Shown here piece by piece: positions 9,277 to 18,042 of a stretch of DNA of 64,000 bases (position 1 is the first letter of the stretch; each line of letters begins with the position of its first letter). Below the pieces are notes generated by a model. That model did no database searches and was not told the DNA's origin. It was given only the letters and a program-made list of their open reading frames with translations. The stretch is from Patescibacteria group bacterium (GTDB lineage: Bacteria > Patescibacteriota > UBA1384 > UBA12157 > JAENIV01): contig JBAYHL010000003.1 of the NCBI GenBank assembly GCA_041666185.1, positions 935 to 64,934 of the forward strand, written 5' to 3'. The position numbers and the translations under genes were made by a program.

Positions 9277-9417
9277 ATGACAACTGAATGTATTGGAGAA
9301 ATTTCTCGCGAGATCAATCAAGAAGCTGTAGCCGAAGTAATCGAGGTTCAAACAGATCCAGAAACTGGTAAATTGGTTGAATTCCACCGAGAATCTTTAG
9401 AAGATGAAACCGCTTAA
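9277..9417 (+). CDS. Unannotated 46-aa acidic protein
   Basis: MTTECIGEISREINQEAVAEVIEVQTDPETGKLVEFHRESLEDETA. Promoter TTGACT-17-TACAAT (9187-9215), AAGGAG RBS, terminator aaaccgctt..aggcggtttttt overlapping the stop. Confidence 0.7.
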   Translation: MTTECIGEISREINQEAVAEVIEVQTDPETGKLVEFHRESLEDETA

Positions 9418-9489
9418 ATAAGGCGGTTTTTTCTTATGCTAAAAATGATATACTATAAGTAACTTAACTTATTTTTAAGGAGCGGATTA

Positions 9490-11667
9490 ATGGCCAAAAG
9501 GAAGTATCGTCGCAAGGGTCAGCGACTTTCTATTTGGGAAGAATTAGATTGGACAATGAACCCCGACACTACTCGTGATGTGGTGGCGGTAGTTTTACTT
9601 ATTTTAGGATTTATTATTTTCTTAGGGATGTTTAATTTAGCTGGTTCTTTTGGCCGCTTTTTTATTAGACTTTCAGCCAATTGGTGGGGAATAATTGGTT
9701 ATATTATTCCTTTTATTTTCTTGGGTTATGGTGCAGTTTTGCTTTTTCCAAATCGTTTTCAACTCAAACCAACATCTTTAGTCGGCGTCGTTTTTTCTTT
9801 AATTTTTGTCCCAGCCATGATTAGTCCTTGGGGAGGAACTATTGGTGGTGGTATTCGGGCTCTTTTTGCTAGTTTTCTTGGTCCTTATGCTTCATTAATT
9901 TTAGTATTTGCTTTAGCAATTGCTTCAATATTAGTTACTTTTAACACTTCCATCAGGGCTTTGTGGCAAAAACTTGGTCCAGGAGCAACTGAAGCAGGTG
10001 TTAAAATTAACGAACCACGAGCTTCAGTTTTTACAACTTTAGGTCGTAAGAATATGCCAGCAACTTACCCTCAGACTTCTGCTAGTGCTGGGGATATTGC
10101 CTGGGAATATCCGCCAGTGGATTTATTAGACGACAATGCTTCCAAAGCAACTCCTGGTAATATTGCTAAAAATGTTGAGATTACTCAAAAAACTCTTAAA
10201 GATTTTGGAATAGAAGTCACAATGGGTGATGTTAATGTTGGCCCAACCGTGACTCAGTACACTTTAAAACCTGGTTTGTCGGTAAAATTAAATCAAATTA
10301 CTGCTCGAGCAAACGATCTTTCTTTGGCTTTGGCTCAGCATCCAATTAGAATTGAAGCGCCAATCCCGGGAAAATCAGCCGTAGGGATTGAAATTCCAAA
10401 TAAAGTCGGGGCAGTTGTTTCGATGAAAGAAATTTTAAATGCTGATGAATTTAAGGCTAAGAAATCTAATCTTGTTCTACCATTAGGTAGAGATGTTGCT
10501 GGCATACCTTATGCGGCTGATCTTAAAAATATGCCCCATCTTTTAATTGCGGGGGCGACCGGTTCGGGTAAGTCAGTTTGTATAAACAGTATAATTACCG
10601 CTCTTTTGTATCAGAATTCTCCTCAAGATTTAAGATTAATTTTAGTTGACCCGAAAAGGGTTGAATTTACTCACTATAATGGCATCCCCCATCTTTTAGC
10701 ACCAGTTGTTTTCGATGTCGATAAAACTATTTCGGCTCTAAAATGGACGGTGGCAGAAATGGATCGTCGTTTTCGACTTCTTCAGGAAACTAATCGTAGA
10801 AATATTGAAGCTTACAATGCTAACCCGCCAAACGGTCGTTTACCTTATATTGTAGTTGTTATTGACGAGTTAGCTGATTTAATGGCTCAGGCGGCTAATG
10901 AAGTTGAAGCGGCAATTGTTCGTTTAGCGCAAATGGCCAGAGCCGTTGGTATTCACTTGATAATGGCAACTCAGCGTCCTTCAGTGGATGTTATCACTGG
11001 TTTAATTAAAGCTAATATCACTAATCGAATTGCTTTTGCCGTTGCTTCTCAAGTTGACTCTAGAACGATTTTGGATTTGTCGGGTGCTGAACGTTTACTT
11101 GGTAATGGAGATATGCTTTATGTTGGCAATGAACTTGGCAAACCTAAACGTATTCAGGGTGTTTTAATTACTGATAAAGAAATCACCAAAGTTGCTGAAT
11201 TTCTAAAATCCAAAAGTACCCCTCAATACGATGAGACAATTTTAAATTATAGGCCCAGTACTGACCGTGGAGCAACAGGTGAACTTTTGGCAGAAGACGA
11301 ACTTTATGAAGATGCTAAGGAAACTGTTGTTATGGCTGGTAAAGCCTCGGCTTCACTACTGCAAAGACGGCTTCGTGTTGGTTATGCCAGAGCAGCTCGG
11401 CTTTTAGATATTTTGGAACAAGAAGGGATTATCGGACCACCTGATGGGGCAAAACCAAGAGACGTTTTGATAGATGCAATTTCCTTAGATCATGAGCGCC
11501 TTCAGGCGAAGGTGCCTATGAATCAAGCTCAACCTCCTATGTCATCACCAAATCCGTCTTATCAAGCTTTTCCTCAGAGTCCAAATTATCCACCTTCTAC
11601 CCCTCCACCTTATCAAAATCCTTACCCACCAAGTCAGGATCAAGATATAGATAACCAAGCTCAATAA
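9490..11667 (+). CDS. ftsK: DNA translocase FtsK/SpoIIIE
   Basis: N-terminal TMs, PHLLIAGATGSGKS Walker A, IDELADLM, ATQRPSVDVITG, gamma domain (SASLLQRRLRVGYARAARL). Confidence 0.97.
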   Translation: MAKRKYRRKGQRLSIWEELDWTMNPDTTRDVVAVVLLILGFIIFLGMFNLAGSFGRFFIRLSANWWGIIGYIIPFIFLGYGAVLLFPNRFQLKPTSLVGVVFSLIFVPAMISPWGGTIGGGIRALFASFLGPYASLILVFALAIASILVTFNTSIRALWQKLGPGATEAGVKINEPRASVFTTLGRKNMPATYPQTSASAGDIAWEYPPVDLLDDNASKATPGNIAKNVEITQKTLKDFGIEVTMGDVNVGPTVTQYTLKPGLSVKLNQITARANDLSLALAQHPIRIEAPIPGKSAVGIEIPNKVGAVVSMKEILNADEFKAKKSNLVLPLGRDVAGIPYAADLKNMPHLLIAGATGSGKSVCINSIITALLYQNSPQDLRLILVDPKRVEFTHYNGIPHLLAPVVFDVDKTISALKWTVAEMDRRFRLLQETNRRNIEAYNANPPNGRLPYIVVVIDELADLMAQAANEVEAAIVRLAQMARAVGIHLIMATQRPSVDVITGLIKANITNRIAFAVASQVDSRTILDLSGAERLLGNGDMLYVGNELGKPKRIQGVLITDKEITKVAEFLKSKSTPQYDETILNYRPSTDRGATGELLAEDELYEDAKETVVMAGKASASLLQRRLRVGYARAARLLDILEQEGIIGPPDGAKPRDVLIDAISLDHERLQAKVPMNQAQPPMSSPNPSYQAFPQSPNYPPSTPPPYQNPYPPSQDQDIDNQAQ

Positions 11668-11685
11668 ATAAAAATAGAAAAAAGG

Positions 11686-13767
11686 ATGGAAGAAACTCAA
11701 ATACAATCAAATTTAGAGGATTTGTATTCAATTTCTCAAATTGCGGCTTCGGCTAAAGATTTACCTAGTATGTGGGGACCGCTGCTGGAAGAAGTTTTAG
11801 CTGTTTTAAAAGTTGATGCCGGATCTCTCATGATTTTAGAAGGCAATGCTCTGGTGAGAAAAGCCGCTCGTGGTTTAGGTGACATTATGGAAGAACCACC
11901 AATTCCTGCATCTTCTGGTGGTGTTTCTTGGAAAGTGGTCAAAAGTCGTAAACCGGTCGTAATTACTGATTTAAGTAAAGAAAAAGTTGCTTCTAAATTT
12001 GTTGAAGAAAATTTTCGTTCTTTAGTGACAGTGCCAATGATGGTTCGCGATCAAGTAATTGGTGTTATGAGTATTTTTACTCGTGAAAAACATCAGTTTT
12101 CTCTAGACGATCTTAACTTTTTTGCAATTATTGCTAATCAGGCGGCTTTAGCAATAATTTCCATTCAATTATCGGAGATTTTGAAAGAAAATCGTCAGCG
12201 GCTTTCAGAATTGGAGGCTCTTAATCAAGTCTCAAAAAGTGTTGCGACGGTTTTTGATTTTGAGGAAACTCTTGATTCAATCTTGGATTCAATTACGACA
12301 ATGTTTTCAAGTGATATTGGTTTAGTAACTTTGTTTGATGGTGAAACTCATCTTCTTTTAGGCAAAAAACCAGCTTACGGTTTAAGCGAACGACAAATTA
12401 ATGATTTTCGATCACGAACAGACGAGGGGGTAATGGGTGAAGCCTTCTGTAAAGGTGTGCCAATTATGGTGGGAAAAATTGATAAGGAAACGGAAGAAGT
12501 TTTAAAAAGAGCCCGTATTACTGGAATTAAAAGTATAATTGCCGCACCCTTAAAGGTTAAGTCTCAAACTTTGGGTGTAGTTCAAATTTTTTCTTCAAAA
12601 GAAAATAATTTTCATTCAAAAGATTTACGTTTATTTTCAATTCTTGCCTCACAAGCGGCTATTGTTGTTAATTCCTCGACAATGTATCGAGAGATTGAAG
12701 AAGAACGTAAAAAAGACGAAGCCCTTTTAACTTCTATTGGCGATGGGGTAATAGCAATAGATAAAAATCAAAAAATAATTCATTTTAATAAAGCGGGTGA
12801 AAAAATTACCGGTTATTTGGCAGAAGAATTACTTGGTGGCGCATTCTTGGAAACCCTAGGTATTTTTAATAAAGAAAAATTACCAGTTGAAGCAAAAGAC
12901 TCTCCTCTTGCAAAGATTTTAAAAGACGGTAATCAAATTATTTCAAAAGATTATTTTTTACGTAAAAGAAATGGTTCTCTTTTTCCGGCTTATCTTTCGT
13001 TGGCAGCCATTTGTGATATTAAAGATGACATTGTTGGGGCGATTGTTGTTTTTCGTGATATTACTTATGAATTTGAGTTGGAGCAAATGAAACAAGAGTT
13101 AATTTCCTTGTCTACTCACGAATTACGAGCGCCTATTACAGCTATTAAAGGTTATTTAGACATGATTTTGTCAGGTGATACAGGTGTTATTAATGAAGAA
13201 ACTAAAGAAACGATTGAGGAAGTCGTCGGTATTAACCGGAGATTAGCTGATTTAGTAGATGATTTATTAAACGTTGGCCGGATCGAACAAGGTAAAATAA
13301 CTATCAAACCAGAACAAATTGATCTTACGAGTTTAATTAGTCAAACGGTTCGTGAATATCAGCCGCAAGCTAAAAATAAAAAACTTGAAATTATTTTTCA
13401 TGATAAATCAATTCCGAAAATTAAAGCCGATTCGGTTCGTGTCCGTCAGGTTTTAAACAATTTAATAAGCAATGCAATCAAATACACTATGCAAGGTTCA
13501 ATCGAAATCAGCGTTCAAGCCAGTGACAAGGAAGTTACTTGTCAAGTGAAAGACACTGGTATTGGTATTAGTAAAGATGCTCAAAAAAAGCTTTTTGGTA
13601 AATTTTATCGAGTTAAAAATGCAAAAACGGTCCAAATTACTGGTACTGGATTAGGACTTTGGATCACCCAAAAACTTTTAGAAATGATGGGCGGGAAGGT
13701 TTGGTTGGAATCAGTTGAAAATAAAGGTTCAACATTTTACTTTACTTTACCTGTTTACACTGCTTGA
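11686..13767 (+). CDS. Cytoplasmic sensor histidine kinase (GAF-GAF-PAS-HisKA-HATPase)
   Basis: Two GAF domains (..IANQAALAI, ..LASQAAIVV), PAS (LTSIGDGVIAID), H-box STHELRAP, N box NLISNAIKYT, G boxes DTGIGI and GTGLGL. No TM segment. Confidence 0.93.
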   Translation: MEETQIQSNLEDLYSISQIAASAKDLPSMWGPLLEEVLAVLKVDAGSLMILEGNALVRKAARGLGDIMEEPPIPASSGGVSWKVVKSRKPVVITDLSKEKVASKFVEENFRSLVTVPMMVRDQVIGVMSIFTREKHQFSLDDLNFFAIIANQAALAIISIQLSEILKENRQRLSELEALNQVSKSVATVFDFEETLDSILDSITTMFSSDIGLVTLFDGETHLLLGKKPAYGLSERQINDFRSRTDEGVMGEAFCKGVPIMVGKIDKETEEVLKRARITGIKSIIAAPLKVKSQTLGVVQIFSSKENNFHSKDLRLFSILASQAAIVVNSSTMYREIEEERKKDEALLTSIGDGVIAIDKNQKIIHFNKAGEKITGYLAEELLGGAFLETLGIFNKEKLPVEAKDSPLAKILKDGNQIISKDYFLRKRNGSLFPAYLSLAAICDIKDDIVGAIVVFRDITYEFELEQMKQELISLSTHELRAPITAIKGYLDMILSGDTGVINEETKETIEEVVGINRRLADLVDDLLNVGRIEQGKITIKPEQIDLTSLISQTVREYQPQAKNKKLEIIFHDKSIPKIKADSVRVRQVLNNLISNAIKYTMQGSIEISVQASDKEVTCQVKDTGIGISKDAQKKLFGKFYRVKNAKTVQITGTGLGLWITQKLLEMMGGKVWLESVENKGSTFYFTLPVYTA

Positions 13768-13809
13768 CCAAGTTTTTGTGAAAGTTTATGATTAAGAGAG
13801 AGGTTTATT

Positions 13810-14193
13810 ATGCCAAGCAAAGGAAAGATTCTTCTTATTGAAGATGACGCAACTTTATCTCGAATGTATGAAAAAAAATTTGTTACCGATGGTTATGAAG
13901 TGGTAACAGCTTATGATGGTTGGGATGGTTTAAAAAAAACAACTAGCGCAAAGCCTGATTTGGTTTTGTTAGATATTTTAATGCCAGGCTTAGATGGTCT
14001 AGCGGTTTTTAAAAAAATGCGATCGCAGACAGCGACTTTTAATACGCCGGTTATTCTTTTAACAAATATTGGTGACGAAAACGCTATTTACGAATCTTTT
14101 AAGCTTGGGGCGGTTGACTACTTAGTTAAATCTGAAGTTACACCAGCTTTGGTGGTAGAAAAAGTAGAAAGTTTCTTGGCCGAACGAAGATAA
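13810..14193 (+). CDS. Single-domain response regulator (receiver)
   Basis: ILLIEDD, DLVLLDILMPGLDG, GAVDYLVK. Own promoter TTGACC-17-TATGAT at 13764-13792. Confidence 0.92.
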   Translation: MPSKGKILLIEDDATLSRMYEKKFVTDGYEVVTAYDGWDGLKKTTSAKPDLVLLDILMPGLDGLAVFKKMRSQTATFNTPVILLTNIGDENAIYESFKLGAVDYLVKSEVTPALVVEKVESFLAERR

Positions 14194-14218
14194 TAATTTA
14201 AAATGCTCAAGGAGGATT

Positions 14219-14731
14219 TTGTTTAAAGGGCAAAGGGGAGGATTTAGTTTTATCCAAATTCTAATTATTTTAGCTCTTATTGCGATGTTGGGTGGGGCTA
14301 TTATTTACATTTTGAAACCTTCAAAAGTTTTGGAAAAATCTCGAGATGCGAAACGTTTTGCTGACATAAAAGAACTCTCAATGGCTGTTAACCAATATTT
14401 GGCTGATAAGCACGATTTTCAAGGTTTGGTGGGACCTTATTCTTCGATTGATACTGGTTTTTTTGACGATGCGACTCGTGAAAAGATTGATAGCAAGGGT
14501 TGGATCCCTTTAGATTTTACAATTATCTCGACTGGCGCTTCTTTTAACTCGTTACCAATAGATCCTCTTAATAACTCAACTTATAATTATCGTTTAGGAG
14601 TTTCTGTTAATAATAAGACTTATGAATTTAATTGTGTCTTTGAGCGACCAGAAAATATTACCAAGCACTCAACCGATGGTGGTAACGATCCTAATGTTTA
14701 TGAGCTCGGTACTGATTTGACAATTTTGTAA
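14219..14731 (+). CDS. Type IV pilin-like protein
   Basis: Class III signal RGG|FSFIQILIILALIAML; KSRDAKRFADIKEL helix; LPIDPLN motif; AAGGAGG RBS before TTG. Confidence 0.8.
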   Translation: MFKGQRGGFSFIQILIILALIAMLGGAIIYILKPSKVLEKSRDAKRFADIKELSMAVNQYLADKHDFQGLVGPYSSIDTGFFDDATREKIDSKGWIPLDFTIISTGASFNSLPIDPLNNSTYNYRLGVSVNNKTYEFNCVFERPENITKHSTDGGNDPNVYELGTDLTIL

Positions 14732-14732
14732 A

Positions 14733-14823
14733 TAACTGACAATCTATAACTAACAAACGACAACTGATTAAAAAACTATTAATATTTTCTAATTGTTAGT
14801 TGGCGATTGTTGGTTGTAAATTA
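14733..14823. repeat. Heptamer-periodic inverted repeat element (copy 2)
   Basis: taactga caatcta taactaa caaacga caactga ... ctaattg ttagttg gcgattg ttggttg taaatta. Confidence 0.8.
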
Positions 14824-14842
14824 AATTTATGAGGTAAATTTT

Positions 14843-15445
14843 ATGAATTGGCTTTTTACTTTATTATTTTGGGTACCATTAGTTTTTTCTTGTGTGGTTG
14901 TTCTTTGGCTTTTCTATTTGACGTTGGTAGGTAAAATTTCTTCTAAAGCTGCTCGTCGAGCATTAATTGCTGTAATCGTGATCTATTTTTTACAGATTGC
15001 CGTCAATATAACTTATTTTTATTTTCGTTTAAAAGGTGATGAGTTTGGAAAATATCTTTTACCACCAAATAGTAATTATTTATATCAAGCCGCTTGGGCG
15101 ATGAGTTCACCTAGCGTTTGGGCTTTAGCGATTGGTATTGGTTTGGTTTTGATTTTGTTGCTCTTGAGAAAAATTTTTCATTCGGAGATTCTTGATCGTT
15201 CAGATTTTTATATTTTGTTATTAACAATTTTTCTTGTTGGGCCATCGAGCGTTTTAGTCCTGGTTTTAGTAAGTTTTCTTCTAATGATTTGTTTCTTAAT
15301 CGGTTTTAGTTTTAAGCAAAAAAAGGTTGATTACAGGGCGAAACTGATTTTATCGCCTTTCTTATTAATCGTTGCTTTTATAATTTTAATTTTAAACAAT
15401 TTTGAATTTTATTTTAAATTTTTAGAAATGCTTCGTTTGACCTAA
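14843..15445 (+). CDS. Polytopic membrane protein, possibly a divergent A24 prepilin-peptidase-like fold
   Basis: About 6 TM segments. LDRSDFYILL and LILSPFLLI loosely resemble the A24 GxGDxKL and PFGPFL motifs. Adjacent to the pilin gene. Confidence 0.5.
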   Translation: MNWLFTLLFWVPLVFSCVVVLWLFYLTLVGKISSKAARRALIAVIVIYFLQIAVNITYFYFRLKGDEFGKYLLPPNSNYLYQAAWAMSSPSVWALAIGIGLVLILLLLRKIFHSEILDRSDFYILLLTIFLVGPSSVLVLVLVSFLLMICFLIGFSFKQKKVDYRAKLILSPFLLIVAFIILILNNFEFYFKFLEMLRLT

Positions 15446-15471
15446 TCTGGTCTCTTTGTTTTAATTAAAAC

Positions 15472-16137
15472 GTGGCAAGATTTATTAGTAAAAAAATTTT
15501 AACAGAAAAAACTCTAGGCGAGAAATTGCGCGCTTTTCGTAAACGTAAACATCTGAGCTTAGAACAAGCCGAAGAAGAAACAAAAGTAAGAGTTAAATAT
15601 CTTGACGCGCTAGAGCGGGGCTCTTATGGAGAATTGCCGGCCGATGTTTATGTTTTAGGTTTTTTGGCTAAATACGCAGAATTTTTAGGTGCGCCAAAAG
15701 AAGAACTGATTGATTGTTTTCATCACGAAAGAGGAACAAACAATTTACCTAAAAATATTGCTCCCGAGGTTCAGATAAAAGAAAGAAAAGCTTATCTTAC
15801 ACCTAGAATTATTGTTTTAATTTTAGTTTTTTTAGGGATTGTTGGTTTTTTGGGTTATATTTTTTATGCGATCAAAAATTTTACAGCTCCGCCTAATTTG
15901 GAAATTCGGTCCCCTTCAGCTGAGACCGTTATTCATCAAGATAGGGTAGAAGTTATTGGTAAAACTGATGAAGGGTCTTCTTTGAAAATTAATGACCAAG
16001 TGGTATTTTTAGATGACAAAGGTAATTTTAAAGAAACAGTTAAGCTTCAAACAGGATTAAATAATATCGAGATTAGGGCAACTAATCGCGTTCAAAAGGA
16101 GACTGTAAAAGTAATAAAAATTTTAGCTGAGTATTAA
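15472..16137 (+). CDS. RodZ-like HTH membrane protein
   Basis: HTH_25-like TLGEKLRAFR..YLDALERGSYGELPADVYVLGFLAKYAEFLG, one TM, C-terminal Ig-like domain. Confidence 0.8.
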   Translation: MARFISKKILTEKTLGEKLRAFRKRKHLSLEQAEEETKVRVKYLDALERGSYGELPADVYVLGFLAKYAEFLGAPKEELIDCFHHERGTNNLPKNIAPEVQIKERKAYLTPRIIVLILVFLGIVGFLGYIFYAIKNFTAPPNLEIRSPSAETVIHQDRVEVIGKTDEGSSLKINDQVVFLDDKGNFKETVKLQTGLNNIEIRATNRVQKETVKVIKILAEY

Positions 16138-16149
16138 AATAAATTGCTT

Positions 16150-16279
16150 GCCAATATCCATCAAAGTACCGGACTCAAAATTCCCAGCGAGAATTTTGGT
16201 CCTAAGCGCTCGCCTCGCTCGTTCACTGCGTTCACACCTGCCCGCTCGGCTGCGCGATTTACTTTGATAGATATATGGC
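16150..16279. repeat. GC-rich multi-stem palindromic element upstream of recA
   Basis: Outer stem gccaatatccatcaaagta / tactttgatagatatatggc; inner stem ggactcaaaattc / gaattttggtcc. Confidence 0.65.
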
Positions 16280-16342
16280 TCGCTTGGGTCTGGTTTAAAA
16301 ATTAAATCATTGAAAATTATTAGGAGGGATAGAAGGGAAAAA

Positions 16343-17371
16343 ATGGCAACTCACAGTGAAGGGGCAAACAAAGGAAAACAAGAAGCTCTCGAGATGGCTC
16401 TAGGGCAAATCGAGCGACAATTTGGTACGGGGGCAATCATGCGTTTCGGTCAAAAAGAAAGATTACAGGTTGCTTCGATTCCTAGCGGTTCAATTTCTCT
16501 AGATTTAGCTTTAGGTGTTGGCGGTTTTCCTCGCGGGAGAATTATTGAAATTTTTGGACCTGAATCAACTGGTAAATCAACCTTGGCAATGCATGCTATT
16601 GCTGAAGCTCAAAAACAGGGTGGTATTGGTGCTTTCATTGACGCTGAACACGCTTTCGATCCTGACTATGCAAGAAAAATAGGTATTAATGTTGAAGAAT
16701 TATTAATTTCCCAACCAGATACAGGCGAACAAGCTTTAGAAATTGCTGAAACGTTGGTTCGTTCTAATGCAGTTGATGTAATTGTTGTTGATTCAGTAGC
16801 TGCTTTGGTTCCACGAGCAGAAATTGAAGGTGAGATGGGTGACGCTCAAATGGGTATGCAAGCCAGGTTGATGTCACAAGCGTTAAGAAAACTTACTGGG
16901 GCAATTTCCCGTTCTAAAGCGGTGGTAATTTTTATCAATCAGCTTCGAATGAAAATTGGAGTAATGTTTGGTAATCCTGAAACAACTGCTGGCGGTATGG
17001 CTTTGAAGTTTTATTCTTCAATTCGTCTTGATATTCGTCGAACAGAACAAATTAAAGAAGGTGATATTCCTATTGGCAATAGGGTTAAAGTAAAAATTGT
17101 TAAAAATAAAGTTGCCCCGCCTTTTCGGACGGCCGAATTTGACTTAATGTTTAGTGAAGGTATTTCTAAAGAAGGCGATTTATTAGATATAGCAGTTAAA
17201 ATGGGAATAATTAGTAAGGCTGGTTCTTGGTATCAAATGGGTGCTCAGAAATTGGGTCAAGGTCGTGAAGGTGTCAAGCAATTTTTAAGAGAAAATCCTA
17301 AAATTGCCAAATCGATTGAAGAAAAAGTAATGGTCAAAGATGAGAAAGAAGAGAAGGCGGATAAGGAGTAA
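16343..17371 (+). CDS. recA: Recombinase RecA
   Basis: [29 protein letters not shown] and [10 protein letters not shown] motifs. ATG at 16343 preferred over the upstream TTG. Confidence 0.99.
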   Translation: MATHSEGANKGKQEALEMALGQIERQFGTGAIMRFGQKERLQVASIPSGSISLDLALGVGGFPRGRIIEIFGPESTGKSTLAMHAIAEAQKQGGIGAFIDAEHAFDPDYARKIGINVEELLISQPDTGEQALEIAETLVRSNAVDVIVVDSVAALVPRAEIEGEMGDAQMGMQARLMSQALRKLTGAISRSKAVVIFINQLRMKIGVMFGNPETTAGGMALKFYSSIRLDIRRTEQIKEGDIPIGNRVKVKIVKNKVAPPFRTAEFDLMFSEGISKEGDLLDIAVKMGIISKAGSWYQMGAQKLGQGREGVKQFLRENPKIAKSIEEKVMVKDEKEEKADKE

Positions 17372-17397
17372 GAAGAGATAGCAGCAATCAATGATAG

Positions 17398-17530
17398 GTC
17401 CTCGGGTCGCTACGCTCGCATTCAGCCACCCTATCCAACCTACTCGTCGCTTCCGATTTTGCCTCATCGCCAAGCTTCGGCAAATCGGAGCGTTCCTCGA
17501 CCGGCTTCGCTCGGTAGCTTCCCTCGGTTC
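17398..17530. repeat. GC-rich palindromic element between recA and recX
   Basis: cgcttccgattttgcc..ggcaaatcggagcg and accg-gcttcgct-cggt stems; GC far above the flanks. Confidence 0.6.
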
Positions 17531-17586
17531 TAAATTTTGTTTAAATAGATACATGGTTTGTTTAAAAATTAGGAATTTGTCATTGT

Positions 17587-18009
17587 ATGCTCGATCCATT
17601 AAAGATTGCTCTTAATTATTTAAAATTTCGTCCGCGAAGTATTTTTGAGGTAACGGAAAAACTCAAAGCGAAGAAAATTTCCGATAAAGAAATAAAAAAG
17701 ACGATCGATGTTTTGGAAAAGAATAAATTGTTGGACGATAAAAAATTTGCTAAAATGTGGGTAGCGGATCGTAATCTTTTGAAACCAGAGGGATCTTATC
17801 TTTTAAAGTTGGAATTAAAAAAGCTAGGAATTTCAGAAGATATTATCGAGGCTGTTTTAATTGGTCAAAACGAAGAAAAGCTAGCCAAGACTGCCCTTGA
17901 TAGTAAAAGTCGGTTAAACGATGCAGACTTTCACAAAAAAGCTAATTTCTTACAACGCCGTGGTTTTAAAATAGAAACAATATATAAGATTTTAAGAAAA
18001 TCACAATAA
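17587..18009 (+). CDS. recX: Regulatory protein RecX
   Basis: ALNYLKFRPRS..E, LLDDKKFAKMWV, LQRRGF motifs; follows recA. Confidence 0.92.
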   Translation: MLDPLKIALNYLKFRPRSIFEVTEKLKAKKISDKEIKKTIDVLEKNKLLDDKKFAKMWVADRNLLKPEGSYLLKLELKKLGISEDIIEAVLIGQNEEKLAKTALDSKSRLNDADFHKKANFLQRRGFKIETIYKILRKSQ

Positions 18010-18042
18010 TGGCCCGTATTAAAAATTTATCAAGGAGGGATT

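Noticed and set aside
9154-9387. 77-aa minus-strand ORF
   Set aside because: Antisense shadow of the 9277-9417 ORF, which has promoter, RBS and terminator support.
17285-17615. ORFs 17285-17599 (-) and 17391-17615 (+)
   Set aside because: They run through the GC-rich palindromic element and overlap recA/recX, with no protein-like features.
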